64,000 bases of DNA from the human T2T-CHM13v2.0 reference genome, Homo sapiens. The stretch is taken from NCBI RefSeq assembly GCF_009914755.1, contig NC_060929.1. One strand, written 5' to 3'. Shown here piece after piece: positions 26,236-42,236 of the stretch; the first letter of the stretch is position 1, and each line of letters opens with the position of its first letter. Both the position numbers and the translations under genes were made by a program. The notes under the pieces were generated by a model. That model had not been told where the DNA came from and did not search any database. It saw only the letters and a list, made by a program, of their open reading frames with translations.

Positions 26236-27016
26236 TGTATCAGTTTCTGAGGGTTGCCAAAATAAAGTGCCACAAACTGGGTGTCTTAAGCAACAGAAAT
26301 TTATGGTCTCTCAGTTCAGGAAGTCTCAGATCAAGGTGTGAGCAGGGCCACACTCCCTCTGAAGGTATGATGGGAGGATCTGTCTCAGGTTTCTGTCTTA
26401 GTCCACTCAGGCTGCTATAACAAAATGCTATAGGCTGAGTGGTTTATGAACAGCAGAAATGTGTTTCTCACAGTTTTGGAGGCAGGGAAATCTAAGACCA
26501 AGGTGCTCACAAATTTGGTGGCCAGTGAGGGCTCACTTTCTGTTTCACAGATGCTCATTTTCTTCCTGTGTCCTTACATGGCAAAAGGGGTGAGGGAGCT
26601 CTCTGAGATCCCTTTTATAAGGGCTCAGATCCCATTTGTGATGGCTTTGCCCTCATGATCTAATACCTCCCAAAGGCCCCACCTCCTAATACCATCACAT
26701 TGGGAGTTAGGATTTCAGCATATGAATTTTGTGGTGATACAAACATTCCATCTGTAGCAGGCTGTCTCTTACCTTCTGCAAGTTCTTTGACTTGTGGCAC
26801 CATACCTCTAATCTTCCTGTGGCATTCTCCCCATGTGCTTGTCTCTGTGTCCAAACTTTCCATTTTTATAGGTACACCATTTATATTAGGGCTCACCCTA
26901 ACGACCTCGTCTTACTGTGGTCATCTGCAAAGATCTTTCCAAATACGGTCACATTCACAGGTACTGGGGATTAGGACCTCAACAACTTTTGGGGGGACAC
27001 AATTCAACCCATAACG
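26236..27016 (-). mobile_element. MLT1B/C-like LTR with a nested MLT1A-like LTR (~26393-26759)
   Basis: Two MaLR terminus sequences (TGTATCAGTTTC...AACAGAAATTTAT; TGTCTTAGTCC...GCTGCTATAACAAAA); the outer element resumes after ACAAACATTC...TAGCA and ends GGACACAATTCAACCCATAAC. Confidence 0.8.
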
Positions 27017-27659
27017 TCATGTGTCTAGCAAAATGTCCTGCACTTATCAGGTGCTCAGTTAAGGTTTGTTAAGAGACCTTGAGAGCCACCAGTGAGGCAT
27101 GGCTTTCAGCCAGTGTGTTTGAGACCCGTGGGCAGGGGTGAGGTGAATGAGCTATGCCTAGTGGCCGCATCACTTCCTGCTAAGTTTCTGCAGGGCTGAT
27201 GGATGGGGAGGGGACACAGTGAAGCAGTTCATCTTCTTTTAAAAAACAGTATTTTCTCCCATGAAGAATATAATGTCCTCGGGCTCATTAGTACCTAAGA
27301 AGAAAGGGATTTGGGCTGGCTGCCTTTATGGCAGCGGTGTCAGGCCAAGAGGTTGTAAACATGCCATCCTCTGGAATGCATCTGCTTGCTTCACTTGGCA
27401 GATTCCTCAAGAGTTGGATGAACTCCAGCCAATGTCTGAGTCTCTGTATCCCATGTGGGGCCCCATGAGAATATGTCTTGGTGTCTCCAGCCCACCCCTC
27501 TGTGCCCTCCTGTCCCAACTCTAGTACTGGTCTGAGGTAAACATTATTTTATTCTATTTTTTAAATTTAGACACTTCATATTGAGCACTTCTTAGATGCT
27601 TGGCACTTTATATGTCTTGTGTCATTCAGTCTTGGCCACAATATTACAAAGCTGACTTT

Positions 27660-28920
27660 TCATTTAATTGGGGGAATATATCATATATAAAAATGAATAA
27701 ATGTTATCTGGAGAGTATTAAAAAAAATAATGAAATGTGCAGCAATTACCCAGGATAAGAAACAGAACATTACCAGTACCTTAAAGACCTCTGTGTACCT
27801 CTCTCAAATTATAGTGCCCTCTCCTCCCTGCAAGAGAAACAGCATCTGAATTTTGTATTAATCATACCCCTGCTTTTCTTTACAGTTTACTAAGTATGCC
27901 TGTATCTCTTAGAATTTAATACTTAGTTTGGCTAGTTTTTGTTCTTAATATAAATGAAAGCATACTGCCTGAGTTTTAGTAGTTTATTTCTGTTGATCAT
28001 CATTCATCCATGTTTTTGAGAGTCATCCATGTTGATACATGTTGTAGTCATTTGTACCTTTTTTCTGCTGTGTAATATTCCATTATATAAATATACCAAA
28101 TTTACCTATTCTACTTTTCATGGACATTTGAAGAGTTACCAATCATAGCTGTTATGCATAATACTGCTAGAGCATTCTTATACATGATTTTTAACACACA
28201 TATGCGATTTCTTTAAGCTACATACTTGGAGGGATAAGGGATGGATTTCAGATAGGCATGTATTAATTTTACTAGGTAATGCCAAAGTGTTTTTGAAAAT
28301 GCTTACACCAGATTATATTCCCGCTAACAATGAGTTAGAGATCTCATTACTCCACATCCTTGCTAACATTTGGATTTCTCATAATTAAATTTTTGCCTAT
28401 TCAGTAGGCATGAAATTATAATTTTACTATGTATTTCCCTGATTACTAGAAAAGATGAGCACTAATGAAGTTGAACCCTCTTTCATTAAATGCCTACTTT
28501 TGATCATTTTTCTATTGGAATGCATGTTTTTTCTTATAGAATTATAGGAATTTTTAATATACTCTGGATACTAGTTGTTTGTATATCTGTTGAAATATTG
28601 TCTTCATCTTTTTGATTTCTCTTTTTATTCTCTAGATAATGTCTTTCAATAGCAGACATCTAACAGAATTAGATTTTCCCATTTTTATTTTATGGTTTAG
28701 GTTTTTATATCTTGCTTAAAGAATTCCTTCTTTACATTAGAATATCATAAATATATTGTCCTAATTTATCTTCTAAAAGTATTATATCTTTGCCTTTCAT
28801 ATTTAAGTCTTAACTCCACTTAGACATGGTGTTTGTGTATGGTGTAAAGAGAGACCTAACTTTAGGTTTCTCTATGTGGGTATCCAATTGTCCCAACACT
28901 ATTTCTTTCTTTCTATGCTG
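27660..28920 (-). mobile_element. Old L1M (L1ME-like) 3' segment
   Basis: CATCCATGTTGATAC, GGACATTTG, CCACATCCTTGCTAACA, TTTCATATTTAAGTCTT. Confidence 0.7.
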
Positions 28921-29371
28921 ATCTATTAATACAGTGGCAATTCAGTGTTTTTCTTGGTACAAACTTATGGGATACATGTGAAATTTTGTTACATGTATAT
29001 AATGCATACTGATCAAGTCAGAGTATCAAGGATGTCCATCACCCAAGTGCAATATATTTTTGTTAGCTATAGTCATCCTGCTGTGCTATCAAACACTGAA
29101 TTTATTCTTTCTACTTTACTATATGTTTGTACCCTTTAACCCACTTCTCTTCACCCCCCTGCCAAATCACCCTTCCTGGTCTCTGTTGTCTATCTTTTCA
29201 CTCCCTACCTCCATGTGATCAAATTTTTTAGCTCCTACATAGGAGTGAAAAAATGTCTTATCTGTCTTTTTGTGCCTGGCTTATTTCACGTAACATAATA
29301 ACCCCCAGTTCCATCTATCCTGCTGCACATGACATGATTTCATTCTTTATTATGGCTAAACAATATTCCAT

Positions 29372-29500
29372 TGTGTGTGTATATGTATATATACACACAT
29401 ACATATATACATACATATATATGCATATATATGTATATATGCATATATATGTGTATATATATGTGTATATATATATGTATATATATATATACACACACAC
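29372..29500. repeat. (TA/TG/CA)n compound microsatellite inside the L1
   Basis: TGTGTGTGTATATGTATATATACACACATACATATATAC... Confidence 0.9.
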
Positions 29501-30517
29501 CATACTTTCTTTACTCATTCTTTTTTTGATGGACACTTACATTAATTCCATAGTTTTGCTATTGTGAATAGTGCTGCAATAAACGTGCAAGTGCAGGTAT
29601 CCCTTAGATATAGTGAGTTCTTTTCATTTGGGTAGATTCCAAGAGTGGGATGGCTGGGTCTAATGGTAATTCTATTTTGGTTTTCTGAGAAAATTCTATA
29701 CTGTTTTCTACAGTGGCTGTACTAGTTTATATTCCCACCAACAGTGTATAAGAATTCCCTTTTCTCTGTATCCTCACCAAACATCTGTTATTTTTTATTT
29801 CATAATAGCCATTAGGGTAAAGTAATATCTCATTGTGGTATTAATTTTCATTTCTCTGATTATTAGTGATGTTGAGCATTTTTTTCACATACCTGTTGGC
29901 CGTCTGTATGTTTTCTTTGGAGAAATGTCTACTTATATCCTTTGCCTATTTTTAAGGGGATTATTTGTTGTTGGTTGTTGTTTTTCCTGTTGAATTGCTA
30001 GAGTTCTTGTAAATTCTGGATATTAGTCCCCTAATAAATGAATAATTTGCAAATATTTTCTCCCATTCAACAGGTTATCTTTTCTCTGTTGATTATTTCT
30101 TTATTGTGCAGAAGGTTTTTTGTTTAATTAAGTTCCATTTGTCTATTTTTGTTTTGTTGCCTGTGCTTTTGAGGACTTAGTCATAAATTGTTTGCCTAGA
30201 CCAATGACTAGGAGAGTTTTCCCTAGGTTTTCTTCTAGTATTTTAATAGTTTTGGGTCTTATGTTTAAGTCTTTAATTCATTTTGAGTTGATTTTTGTAA
30301 ATGCTGAGATAGGGGTCCAGTTTCATTCTTCTGCATATGAATATCCAATTTTCCCAGCACAGTTTTTTCAGGAGGGTGCCCTTTACCCAATGTATGTTTT
30401 TGGCAGCTTTTTTGAAGATCAGTTGGCTATAAGTATGTGGCTTTATTTCTGGATTCTCAATTCTGTTCCATTGGTCTATATATTTTTATACCAATACTAC
30501 AATACTATAGCCTTGTA

Positions 30518-30842
<325 letters not shown>

Positions 30843-31453
30843 TGATGTAATGTATCCAGCTTTGTTCTTTTTGCTTAGGATTGCTTTGGCTATTTGGGTC
30901 CTTTTTGGGTTTCATATGAATTTTAGGATTTTTTTTTTCTGATTTTGTGAAGAATGACATTGATATTTTGATAGGGATCGCACTGACTCTGTAGATTGCT
31001 TTGGGTGATATGATCATTTTAATGCTATTTATTCTTCCAATCCATGAGCATGGGATGTATTCCATTTGTTGGTGTCCTCTTTCATTTCTTTCATCAGTGT
31101 CTTACAGTTTTCCTTATAGAGATCTTTCACCTCCTTGGTTAAATTCATCACTAAGTATTTTACCTTTTGTGCCTATTGTAAATTGTATTGCCTTCTTGAT
31201 TTTTTTCTCAGCTAGATAATTACTGGTGTATAGAAACACTACTGGGTTTTGTACATTGATTTTGTACCCTGTAACTTTACTGAATTCACTTATGAAAGCT
31301 AATAGTTTTTTGATGGAGTCTTTAGTTTTTTTTTTTTAGGTAGAAGATCATATCACAAAGAGGAACAATTTGACTTCCTCTTTTCCAATTTGGACGCCTG
31401 TTATTTCTTTCTCTTGCCTTATTACTCTGGCAGAACTTCCAGTGCAATGTTGA

Positions 31454-31928
<475 letters not shown>

Positions 31929-33705
31929 TGAATTCTATCAAATAACTTTTCTGCTTCTATTGAATTTTATCAAATGATTTTTCTGCTTCTATGATCACAC
32001 AGTGTTTTTTCTTGATTCTGTTGATGTGATGTATCATGTTTGTTGATTTGCATATGTTGAACCATCCCTTGCATCCCTATTATAAATCTCACTTGATTGT
32101 ACTCTATTATCTTTTCGATGTGCTGCTACATTTGGTTTGTTAGTGTTTTGGTGAGGATTTTTGTTTTTGTGTTCATTGTGGATATTGGCCTGTGGTTTTC
32201 TTTTCTGTTTTGTCCTTGTGTGGTTTTGGTATTAGGCTGCTGTTGGCCACATAGAATGAGTTAGGGAACATTCCCTCCTCTGGAATGGTTCCAGGAGGAT
32301 AAGTATTAGTACTTCTTTGTACATTTGGTAGAATTCAGCTGTGAATCCATCCAGTCCTGGACTTTTCTTTCTGGGAGACTTTTTATTATCACTTCAAACT
32401 TGCTACTAGTTATTGTTTTGTTCCAGTTTTCTATTCCTTCCTGACTCAATCTTGGTAGGTTATATTTATGCATTTCTGCTAGGTTTTCTACTTTGTCAGC
32501 TTGTAGTTGTGCCTAACAGTTTCTGATGATCTTTTGTGTTTCTGTGATATCAGTTGTAATGTTTCCTTTTTCATTTGTGGTTTTGCTTATGTCTTTTGCT
32601 TTCTTGGTTATCTAGCTATGGTGTATCAATTTTGTTTATATTTTCAAAGAACCAATTTTTGTTTCATTGATCTTATGTATTGTTTTATTAGTCCCTATTT
32701 CATTTAGCTCTGCTCTGATCTTTATTATTTCTTTTCTTCTGCTAATTTGGGGTTGGGTTTGTTCTTGCTTTTCTGGCTGCTTGAGGTGCATTGTTAGACT
32801 GTTAATTTGTAATCTTTCTCCTTTTCTGATGTAGGCATTTATTGCTATAAACTTCCCTCTTAGCACTGTTTTTGTAACCCACAGGTTTTTGTGTGTTGTT
32901 TCCATTTTCAGTCATTTTAAGACCTTTTTTGATTTTCATCTTAATTTCTTTGTTGAATCAGTGGTCATTCAGTAGTATGTTGTTTAATTTCCATGTATTT
33001 GTATAGTTTCCAAAGCTCCTCTTGGTATTGATTTCTAGTTCTACTCCATTATGATCTGAGGAGATATTTGATATGATTTTGATATTTAAAAATTGTTGAG
33101 ACTTGCTTTGTGGCCTAACATATGGTGTATCTTGGAGAATGTTCTATGTGCTGATGAAAAGAATGTATATTCTGCAGTTGTTGGATAGAAATTTCTGTAA
33201 ATGTCTGTTAGGTTCATTTTGGTCTAAAATGCAGTTTAAATCCAATGTTTCTTTGTTGATTTTCTGTTTATGATCAATCTAATGCTGAGAGTGCGATATA
33301 CTGTAGAAGTTCCCCACTATTATTGCATCGCAGTCAATCTCCCTATTTAGATCTAGCAATATTTGCTTTATGAATCTGGGTGCTCTGGTGTTGGGTGCAT
33401 ATATGTTTAGAATTGTATCCTCTTGCTGGATTGATCCCTTTAATTTATCATGATATAATGACCTTCTTTGTCTTTCTTTTTTTTTTTTTTTTTTTTACTG
33501 TTATTGATATAAAGTCTGTTTATCTGATATAAGTGTAGCTATTCCTGGTCCTTTTTGGTTTCTGTTTACACGGAATTTTTTTTTTCATTTCTTTACTTTC
33601 ACTCTAATTGTGTCTTTACTAGTAAGGTGAGTTACTTGTAAGCAGCATATAATTAGATCATGTGGGTTTTAAAAAAATTTTTCATTTAGCCATTCTACAT
33701 GTTTT

Positions 33706-34045
33706 TGTTTGTGTTCTATAACTTTTAATTTAAGGGCTATGTGTGCATATTTGTTATATAGGTAAACTCATGTCACAGGTGTTTGTTGTACAGATTATTT
33801 CATCACCCAGGTATTAAGTCTAGTTCCCATTAGTTATTTTTCCTGATCCCTCCCTCCTTCCACCCTACCTCCTCCAGTAGGCTGCAGTGTTTGTTGTTCC
33901 CCTCTATGTGTCCATGTGTTCTCATCATTTAGCTCCCACTTATAAGTGAAAACATGCAGTATTTTGTTTTCTGCTCCTGTGCTAGTTTGCTAAGGATAAT
34001 GGCCTCTAGCTCCATCCATGTTCCTGTAAAGGACATGATCTCATT
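33706..34045 (-). mobile_element. Short L1PA-type 3' end inserted in the older L1
   Basis: TTTGTTATATAGGTAAAC...TTTAGCTCCCACTTATAAGTGA; TSD CATTC(T/A)ACATGTTTT at 33691 and 34046. Confidence 0.85.
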
Positions 34046-34455
34046 CATTCAACATGTTTTCAGTGGAAATTTTAATTCATGTTTCTGTAATATTATTCAT
34101 TGTTTTCTGGTTGTTTTATATATTCTTTGTTCTTCTCCATTTGTTTTATTGATTGTTTTTGTGGTTAGGTGAATTTCGGTAGTGATACAATTTGAGTCCT
34201 TTCCCTTCCTGTTTTGTGTGATTGCTTTACCAGTAAATTTTATATTTTCATGTGTTTTCATGATGGTAGAGGGTCCCAAGAAACTGTTCACCTTCCCAGC
34301 CCACTGTGGTCACTACCAGCATCCATGAAAGCTATCTGGAGGCCCAAAAATTGGCCTACTGATAACTACCAACATACACCAGCATATACCACCCTAGAAC
34401 ACAAAGATAAGCTTACTCAGTCCACTGCTGCCACCAATGGGGTCTGAAGAATGGC

Positions 34456-36103
<1,648 letters not shown>

Positions 36104-36109
36104 GAGGGC

Positions 36110-37260
36110 TTCCTGATGTAAGTCACATCTAAGATGAGGCTGAAGGCTAGCAGGGAGAATGAGTCTACAATGTTTCACACACAGAAACCAACTGCAGAAC
36201 AGCTCAGGCTTTGAGAGGAAGGGTCGCAAGAGTCAAGGCTGGAAGGTGGGCAAGAGCAGACAGGAAAAGGGCTTATCAGTGTCTAAAGTTATTGGAATTC
36301 TGTTTAGAGTATGTTAGGGAGCAGTGGAAGTTTTTAAGGAGAGTTTATTTGGAAAAATTGCTCTGGTTACATTATGGGGAATGGATTGCAGGAGGAATGA
36401 GGTAACGGCGGCCTGTGGGACTGAGAAATATTTAGGAGGTAGGGCTTTGAATCCAGACTGCCTGGGTTCCAATCCTAGCTCCATCGCTTTTAAGCTGTGT
36501 GACTTCAGGCAAATTACTCACCTTCTTTTGCTTCAATTTCCTCATCTGTATACTATGAGAGACTCCACCTTTTGGGTTGTTGTGAGGCTGAAATGAGTTA
36601 ACATATACCTATATAGGACTTTTCATAATGCCTAAAGCATATTAAGCTCTAAGTCTGATTGTTATTTAAATACACAGGATTTAGTGGATGATTAAATAAA
36701 GGAGGTGGGGGAGAGAGAAAAGAGTCAAAGATGGTTGATAAGGTTGAATGATAAAGATGCCAGGTAAAGGCACAGGTTAATTTAGTATGAGGAGCCAGTG
36801 AGACATCCATGTAGAGATGTCTAGTTCACAGCCAGATGGCCTGACTTTCTTGTTCACCAAGTATCCCTGAAGCCTAGGACATTAAGAGCTAGAGAATGAT
36901 AATAAAATTCAGTCCCTGCTTTTGAGGAGCTAAATAAGCAGAATGGTAAGGGTTTGACAGAAGAATCCACTGGGTGCACATGGGATGGCTCCTGCCTAAG
37001 CTCAGGTCGGCAGGGAAGACCTTCCAGGGGAGAGGTACTGACCTCGGTTGTGAAAGACAAGTAGGAGCTACTCAGCTGATGGGAGCAGGGAGAGGAATGA
37101 GGCAGGGGCTATGCTGGGAGAGAGGACAGATATGCAACAGCACAACAGCAGGAGAACAGTGTGGATGGAACAAAGGTTGCAGAGGAGAACAATGGGAGAT
37201 AGAACAAGGAAAAGGCAGGGGCTGATCTTATAAATGGTGCTTTGGAGTTCAGACTTTACT
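36110..37260. mobile_element. Minus-strand L2 fragments with a plus-strand MIR (~36415-36650)
   Basis: MIR: CCAGACTGCCTGGGTTCCAATCCTAGCTCC...TTTCCTCATCTGTA; reverse L2: GGAGCAGTGGAAGTTTTTAAG, GAGACATCCATGTAGAGATGTC. Confidence 0.7.
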
Positions 37261-37896
37261 CCCTCTTCACAACACGGTGTGAAGTTGACTTTTCTTTTTT
37301 TCTCACTCACTTTTTCTAGGAAATGCTGGCTTTTAAAAATGTCTCCAACACATGAAATGCTCTTGCCTCATTAGGAAAATAGTTCATAGTGGATCTATTT
37401 TATCAATGTGGTAGGTCGTTACACAGTCTTTTGTGGTCCTGCACTCCTCTGTAATGCTGCATCAAAGGGTTTGTTCAGGTTGGAGGCCTGGCTACCTTTC
37501 TCTCTGTAGGATGCCCAGGGCAATTTGATGACAGTCTGATGGTAACAAGGAAGCTTCTCTGCTCCTCTTCATGTGTTAAGTTCATGGCAAAGAGCCAGCT
37601 AGCACCCAGACCTTGTTTCCCGTCAAAGCGCCTGTCTCTCTCAACATGATTTTTTCTTTCTGCCTTTGAGGCTTGGTAAAGCCATCCAAAATTTCAGCCA
37701 GAAATGTAGCTGCAGGCAAACGCTGACAAAACATCCTTGTGATTTTCCACCATCAGGAGCCCAGGTGTGCCCCTCGTGACTTCATGCCCTTCCCCCTCAC
37801 ACTCCACAGACCTCAGTTACCGTTGACTGCCTGTAGCAGCACCAGGCCACCGAATCTGGCCTGAGGAGACACAGGCTGCTAATTTTCCAACCCCAG

Positions 37897-37916
37897 TGAA
37901 ATTTCTTGAAATTTCA
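37897..37916. promoter_or_regulatory. Perfect four-unit heat-shock element motif
   Basis: tGAAa tTTCt tGAAa tTTCa: alternating nGAAn/nTTCn pentamers. Confidence 0.45.
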
Positions 37917-38089
37917 CACAGGTTTCAAGAAATGGCCGTGCGCACAGAGCAGCCTTCTGAGTAGCTGGGGTTACTCCTGGAAGGCTGCTCTGTGCCCACA
38001 GTCACAGCATTCCCAGAGTGGCTAATGTTTCCCCAAGGTGTACTTCCTCCTGGACCCTGGGGTTCACTGGAGATAGGAGAGGCAACATG

Positions 38090-38320
38090 TTCATTGGAAA
38101 GTTCTGTGACTCAATAGGAAATCAGATCTGGGTTCAAATCTTGGCTTAGCCACTCACTAGTTGTGTGATCTCAGAAAAGCTAAACATTTATTTCCTCACC
38201 AATAAAATCTTCTGTAAAACATAAGGATGATAATGACTACTTTGAAGAGTTGTTGAATGAATTAGAAACAGTTATATAAAGAGCCTAGTATGAGGTAAGC
38301 ATTTAGAAACTGACAGCTAC
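38090..38320 (+). mobile_element. MIR
   Basis: CAGATCTGGGTTCAAATCTTGGCTTAGCCACTCACTAGTTGTGTGA. Confidence 0.75.
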
Positions 38321-38543
38321 CATTAATAGTAGCATTTTGTAGCATTAGAGCCTTAGGGTATTGGACTGCAAGATTTCAGAGTTTCTGAGAACAGAGGGTG
38401 GACGTGCACAGTTTCCTGCCAGGTCAGGCAATGAGGTAGGTTAGAGGTAGGGAGGTGATCATACCCTGGCCTCCAGGGATTAAGAGCCTCTCCCTGATTA
38501 TTGACCTGTTCCCCATGGGACAGTAGGGAGGTTAAAGGGTGTA

Positions 38544-38778
38544 TCTTTTTCAGTAATTCACCTCTTCTCTGGTCAGGGGCATAGATTCCCTAGCTTCAGG
38601 GACTCCTCTGTCTTCTTTAGAAACCTCTTTTGCAATTTCCCCAATGCTAATATTTAATACATAATTTTATAATTAGCACGCCCCAGTCACCATCTCCAAC
38701 TGGTCTGCAACACCCTCTGGAACTTCAGTGTGATGGAACCTGTAATGCTCCCCTGTCCTCCCTCCACAGAGTTGGCTG
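38544..38778 (+). repeat. Copy 1 of a ~235-bp dispersed duplication
   Basis: Aligns by eye at roughly 84% to 41954-42188, including CAATTTCCCCAATGCTAATA, ATAATTTTATAATTAGCAC and CAACTGGTCTGCAACACCCTCTGGAACTT. Confidence 0.92.
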
Positions 38779-39414
38779 TGGGAGTCTCTCTCCTCATTCC
38801 TATTAGGTCTATTCCAGGCATATCCTCACTCACTGCCGGTTGGTATCTCAATCCAGCTGCATTCTTTGTTCTGGAATCATTCCAAACAGGGAAGGTCAGA
38901 TATAATGCACATACAACCTACCTTTCAGGCATATAAACTTCAAATCCACTCTACAACTGTGCCTGAGCTGTAGGCGTGGCAGGAAAAAGCAGAATGCTGC
39001 AAGGCTCCTCGAGTCAAATCCTTTGGGATTTGAGCAATCTTCCCAGCCAGACGTTACAATATGCTAACACCCTTGTGAGTCATGAAGTCACTCATGGTCA
39101 ATTCTGTTTGGAGAACAGGATGAATAATTGAAAGTAACTGGGTGTTTGCCTGAATCCAGGCCTAACACAGTATTTATTCTGTTTTTTTGTCTCTTTTTGC
39201 CGAAAACAAACATGTCTGGTTTCTCTTCTTCCCCCACTTACCCTGCCTACCCCTTCACTGGATCTCAAAGGAAAGTTCAAAGCCTTTCGCACAGTTAGAC
39301 CCTATAGGGTGGCCCTATCTCCTTCTCCAGCATCTCTCTGCTTACCTAGAAAGACCAGACATGAGGGCAGCCACATCCTTAGGGTACGGACCGAAAAGCC
39401 ATAAACTTAATTTT

Positions 39415-40260
<846 letters not shown>

Positions 40261-40518
40261 TTATTGATTAGAATTATATTCTTTATGCTTAGCTCCTAAA
40301 CATTTGTTCCTCTTCTCTAATTATCCTTACTCCCTTGGTGAACTCATCCTTTCTCATGGGTTGGAGTACCTTCTGTCTAATCCCCAAAGATACCCAAATT
40401 TATACATTTTTTTCTGGATCTCTCCTCTGAGCTTTAGTCCATATATCCAACAGCCTACTCAATCTTTCCACTTGCTTATCGAAAAAAGGCCTCAAACATA
40501 ATTCAAAATCAAACCCCT

Positions 40519-40861
<343 letters not shown>

Positions 40862-41953
40862 CTACAGTTTAGTAAATGGCAATCCATCTTTCCAGTAGCT
40901 CAAACCAAAAGGCTTGGTGTCATCCTATTCCTCTCTTTCATTCTCACTACAACCAATTCATCAGAAAGTGCTGCCGGTTCTATATTCAGAATCTATCCAG
41001 GACCTAGCCACTTCTCACCACCTTCTCAGCCACCACCTTGATCTAAGCCACCACTACCATCTTCTATCTGGATTATGGTAATTAATGGTAATCTGGATTA
41101 TTGTCACCCAACTGGTCTCTTGATTTTGGGCTTGTCCTCCTACAAGACAGACTCTGCCTCCTTCTGCAATCATGCCTCTGTGACTTTAACAGCTACTATG
41201 CTCCCCTAGCTCTTCCTTGAAAACACCAAGCATGCTTTTGCTTCAAGGCTTTGCTCATTATTTTCTCCCAAAATTTAGTTCCTTTTTTCAGTATTCCCCT
41301 GCTTAGTAAATGTGCAACCAATCCAGTTGCACAAATTGGAGTCTTGCAATTCTCCTTGATGATTACCTCTGCCCTATTCCTCATGTTCAATCCATCATCA
41401 AACCTTGTGGTTTTTTCCTCCACATAAATAATACTCAAACCTGTCTACTTCTCATTTCCACTGCTGACACCCAGCTTCGCCGTTATCCTCCTATCTGATC
41501 TCTTTGGCCCCTGCTAATTGGTCCTCTTCACTGCAGCCCAAGTTGTCTTTTCAAAATGCAAACCTGGTCAAATCACAGCCCTGCTTAAACACTCTTTAAT
41601 GGCTCATTTTAATGGTTAATTGAGAATATAGACCTCAATTCTTAACATGAGCTACGTAACCTTCCCGGTGTGGCCCTCACTCTCTGTACTTCCAGCCATG
41701 CTGATGGTCTCTTCATTCCTCGAATGGCGTCATACTTCCCCCAGCTGCAGCCTTTCCTCTGATTGGAAAGCACTCCACCCACCCACCCTGTCTATCCTCC
41801 CCAGCCCCTTTTCTGCCAAGTTGAGACCTGTGCATGCTTCACACTGCAACTTAATTATCATTGCCTTGGTGGAGCCTCTCCTGACTCCTCAGTCTAGATG
41901 AGATTCCTTTGTTTCACACCACCAAAGAATCTTGCTTCTTTCCTACAGTACAC

Positions 41954-42188
41954 TCTTTTTCAATAATTCGCCCCTTCTCTGGGCAAGGGCATAGACTCCC
42001 CAGCTTCAGGCAACTCCTCTGTCTTCTTTATAAACTCCTGTACAATTTCCCCAATGCTAATACCTAATATATAATTTTATAATTAGCACTTCCCAGTTAC
42101 CAGCTTCAACTGGTCTGCAACACCCTCTGGAACTTTGATGTGCTAGAACCTTTAATACTTTCCCCTTCCCCCTCAGCAGAGTTGGCTG
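41954..42188 (+). repeat. Copy 2 of the ~235-bp dispersed duplication
   Basis: Same orientation as 38544-38778 and 3410 bp downstream. Confidence 0.92.
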
Positions 42189-42236
42189 AGAAGGAGGGTG
42201 CCGAAGAAGGGGTTGAAGAAGGTGCTGAAGAAGGAG
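42177..42236 (+). other. Candidate 60/57-nt cassette exon (NAGNAG acceptor, GAA-rich)
   Basis: CTTTCCCCTTCCCCCTCAG|CAG|AGTTGG...GAAGGAG|GTGAGT; both lengths are multiples of 3; one frame reads ELAEKEGAEEGVEEGAEEG. Confidence 0.45.

Noticed and set aside
29253-29567. Tyr/Ile-rich ORFs
   Set aside because: Translation of a (TA)n microsatellite.
31929-31992. ~33-bp tandem duplication within the L1
   Set aside because: Ordinary slippage in a decayed repeat.
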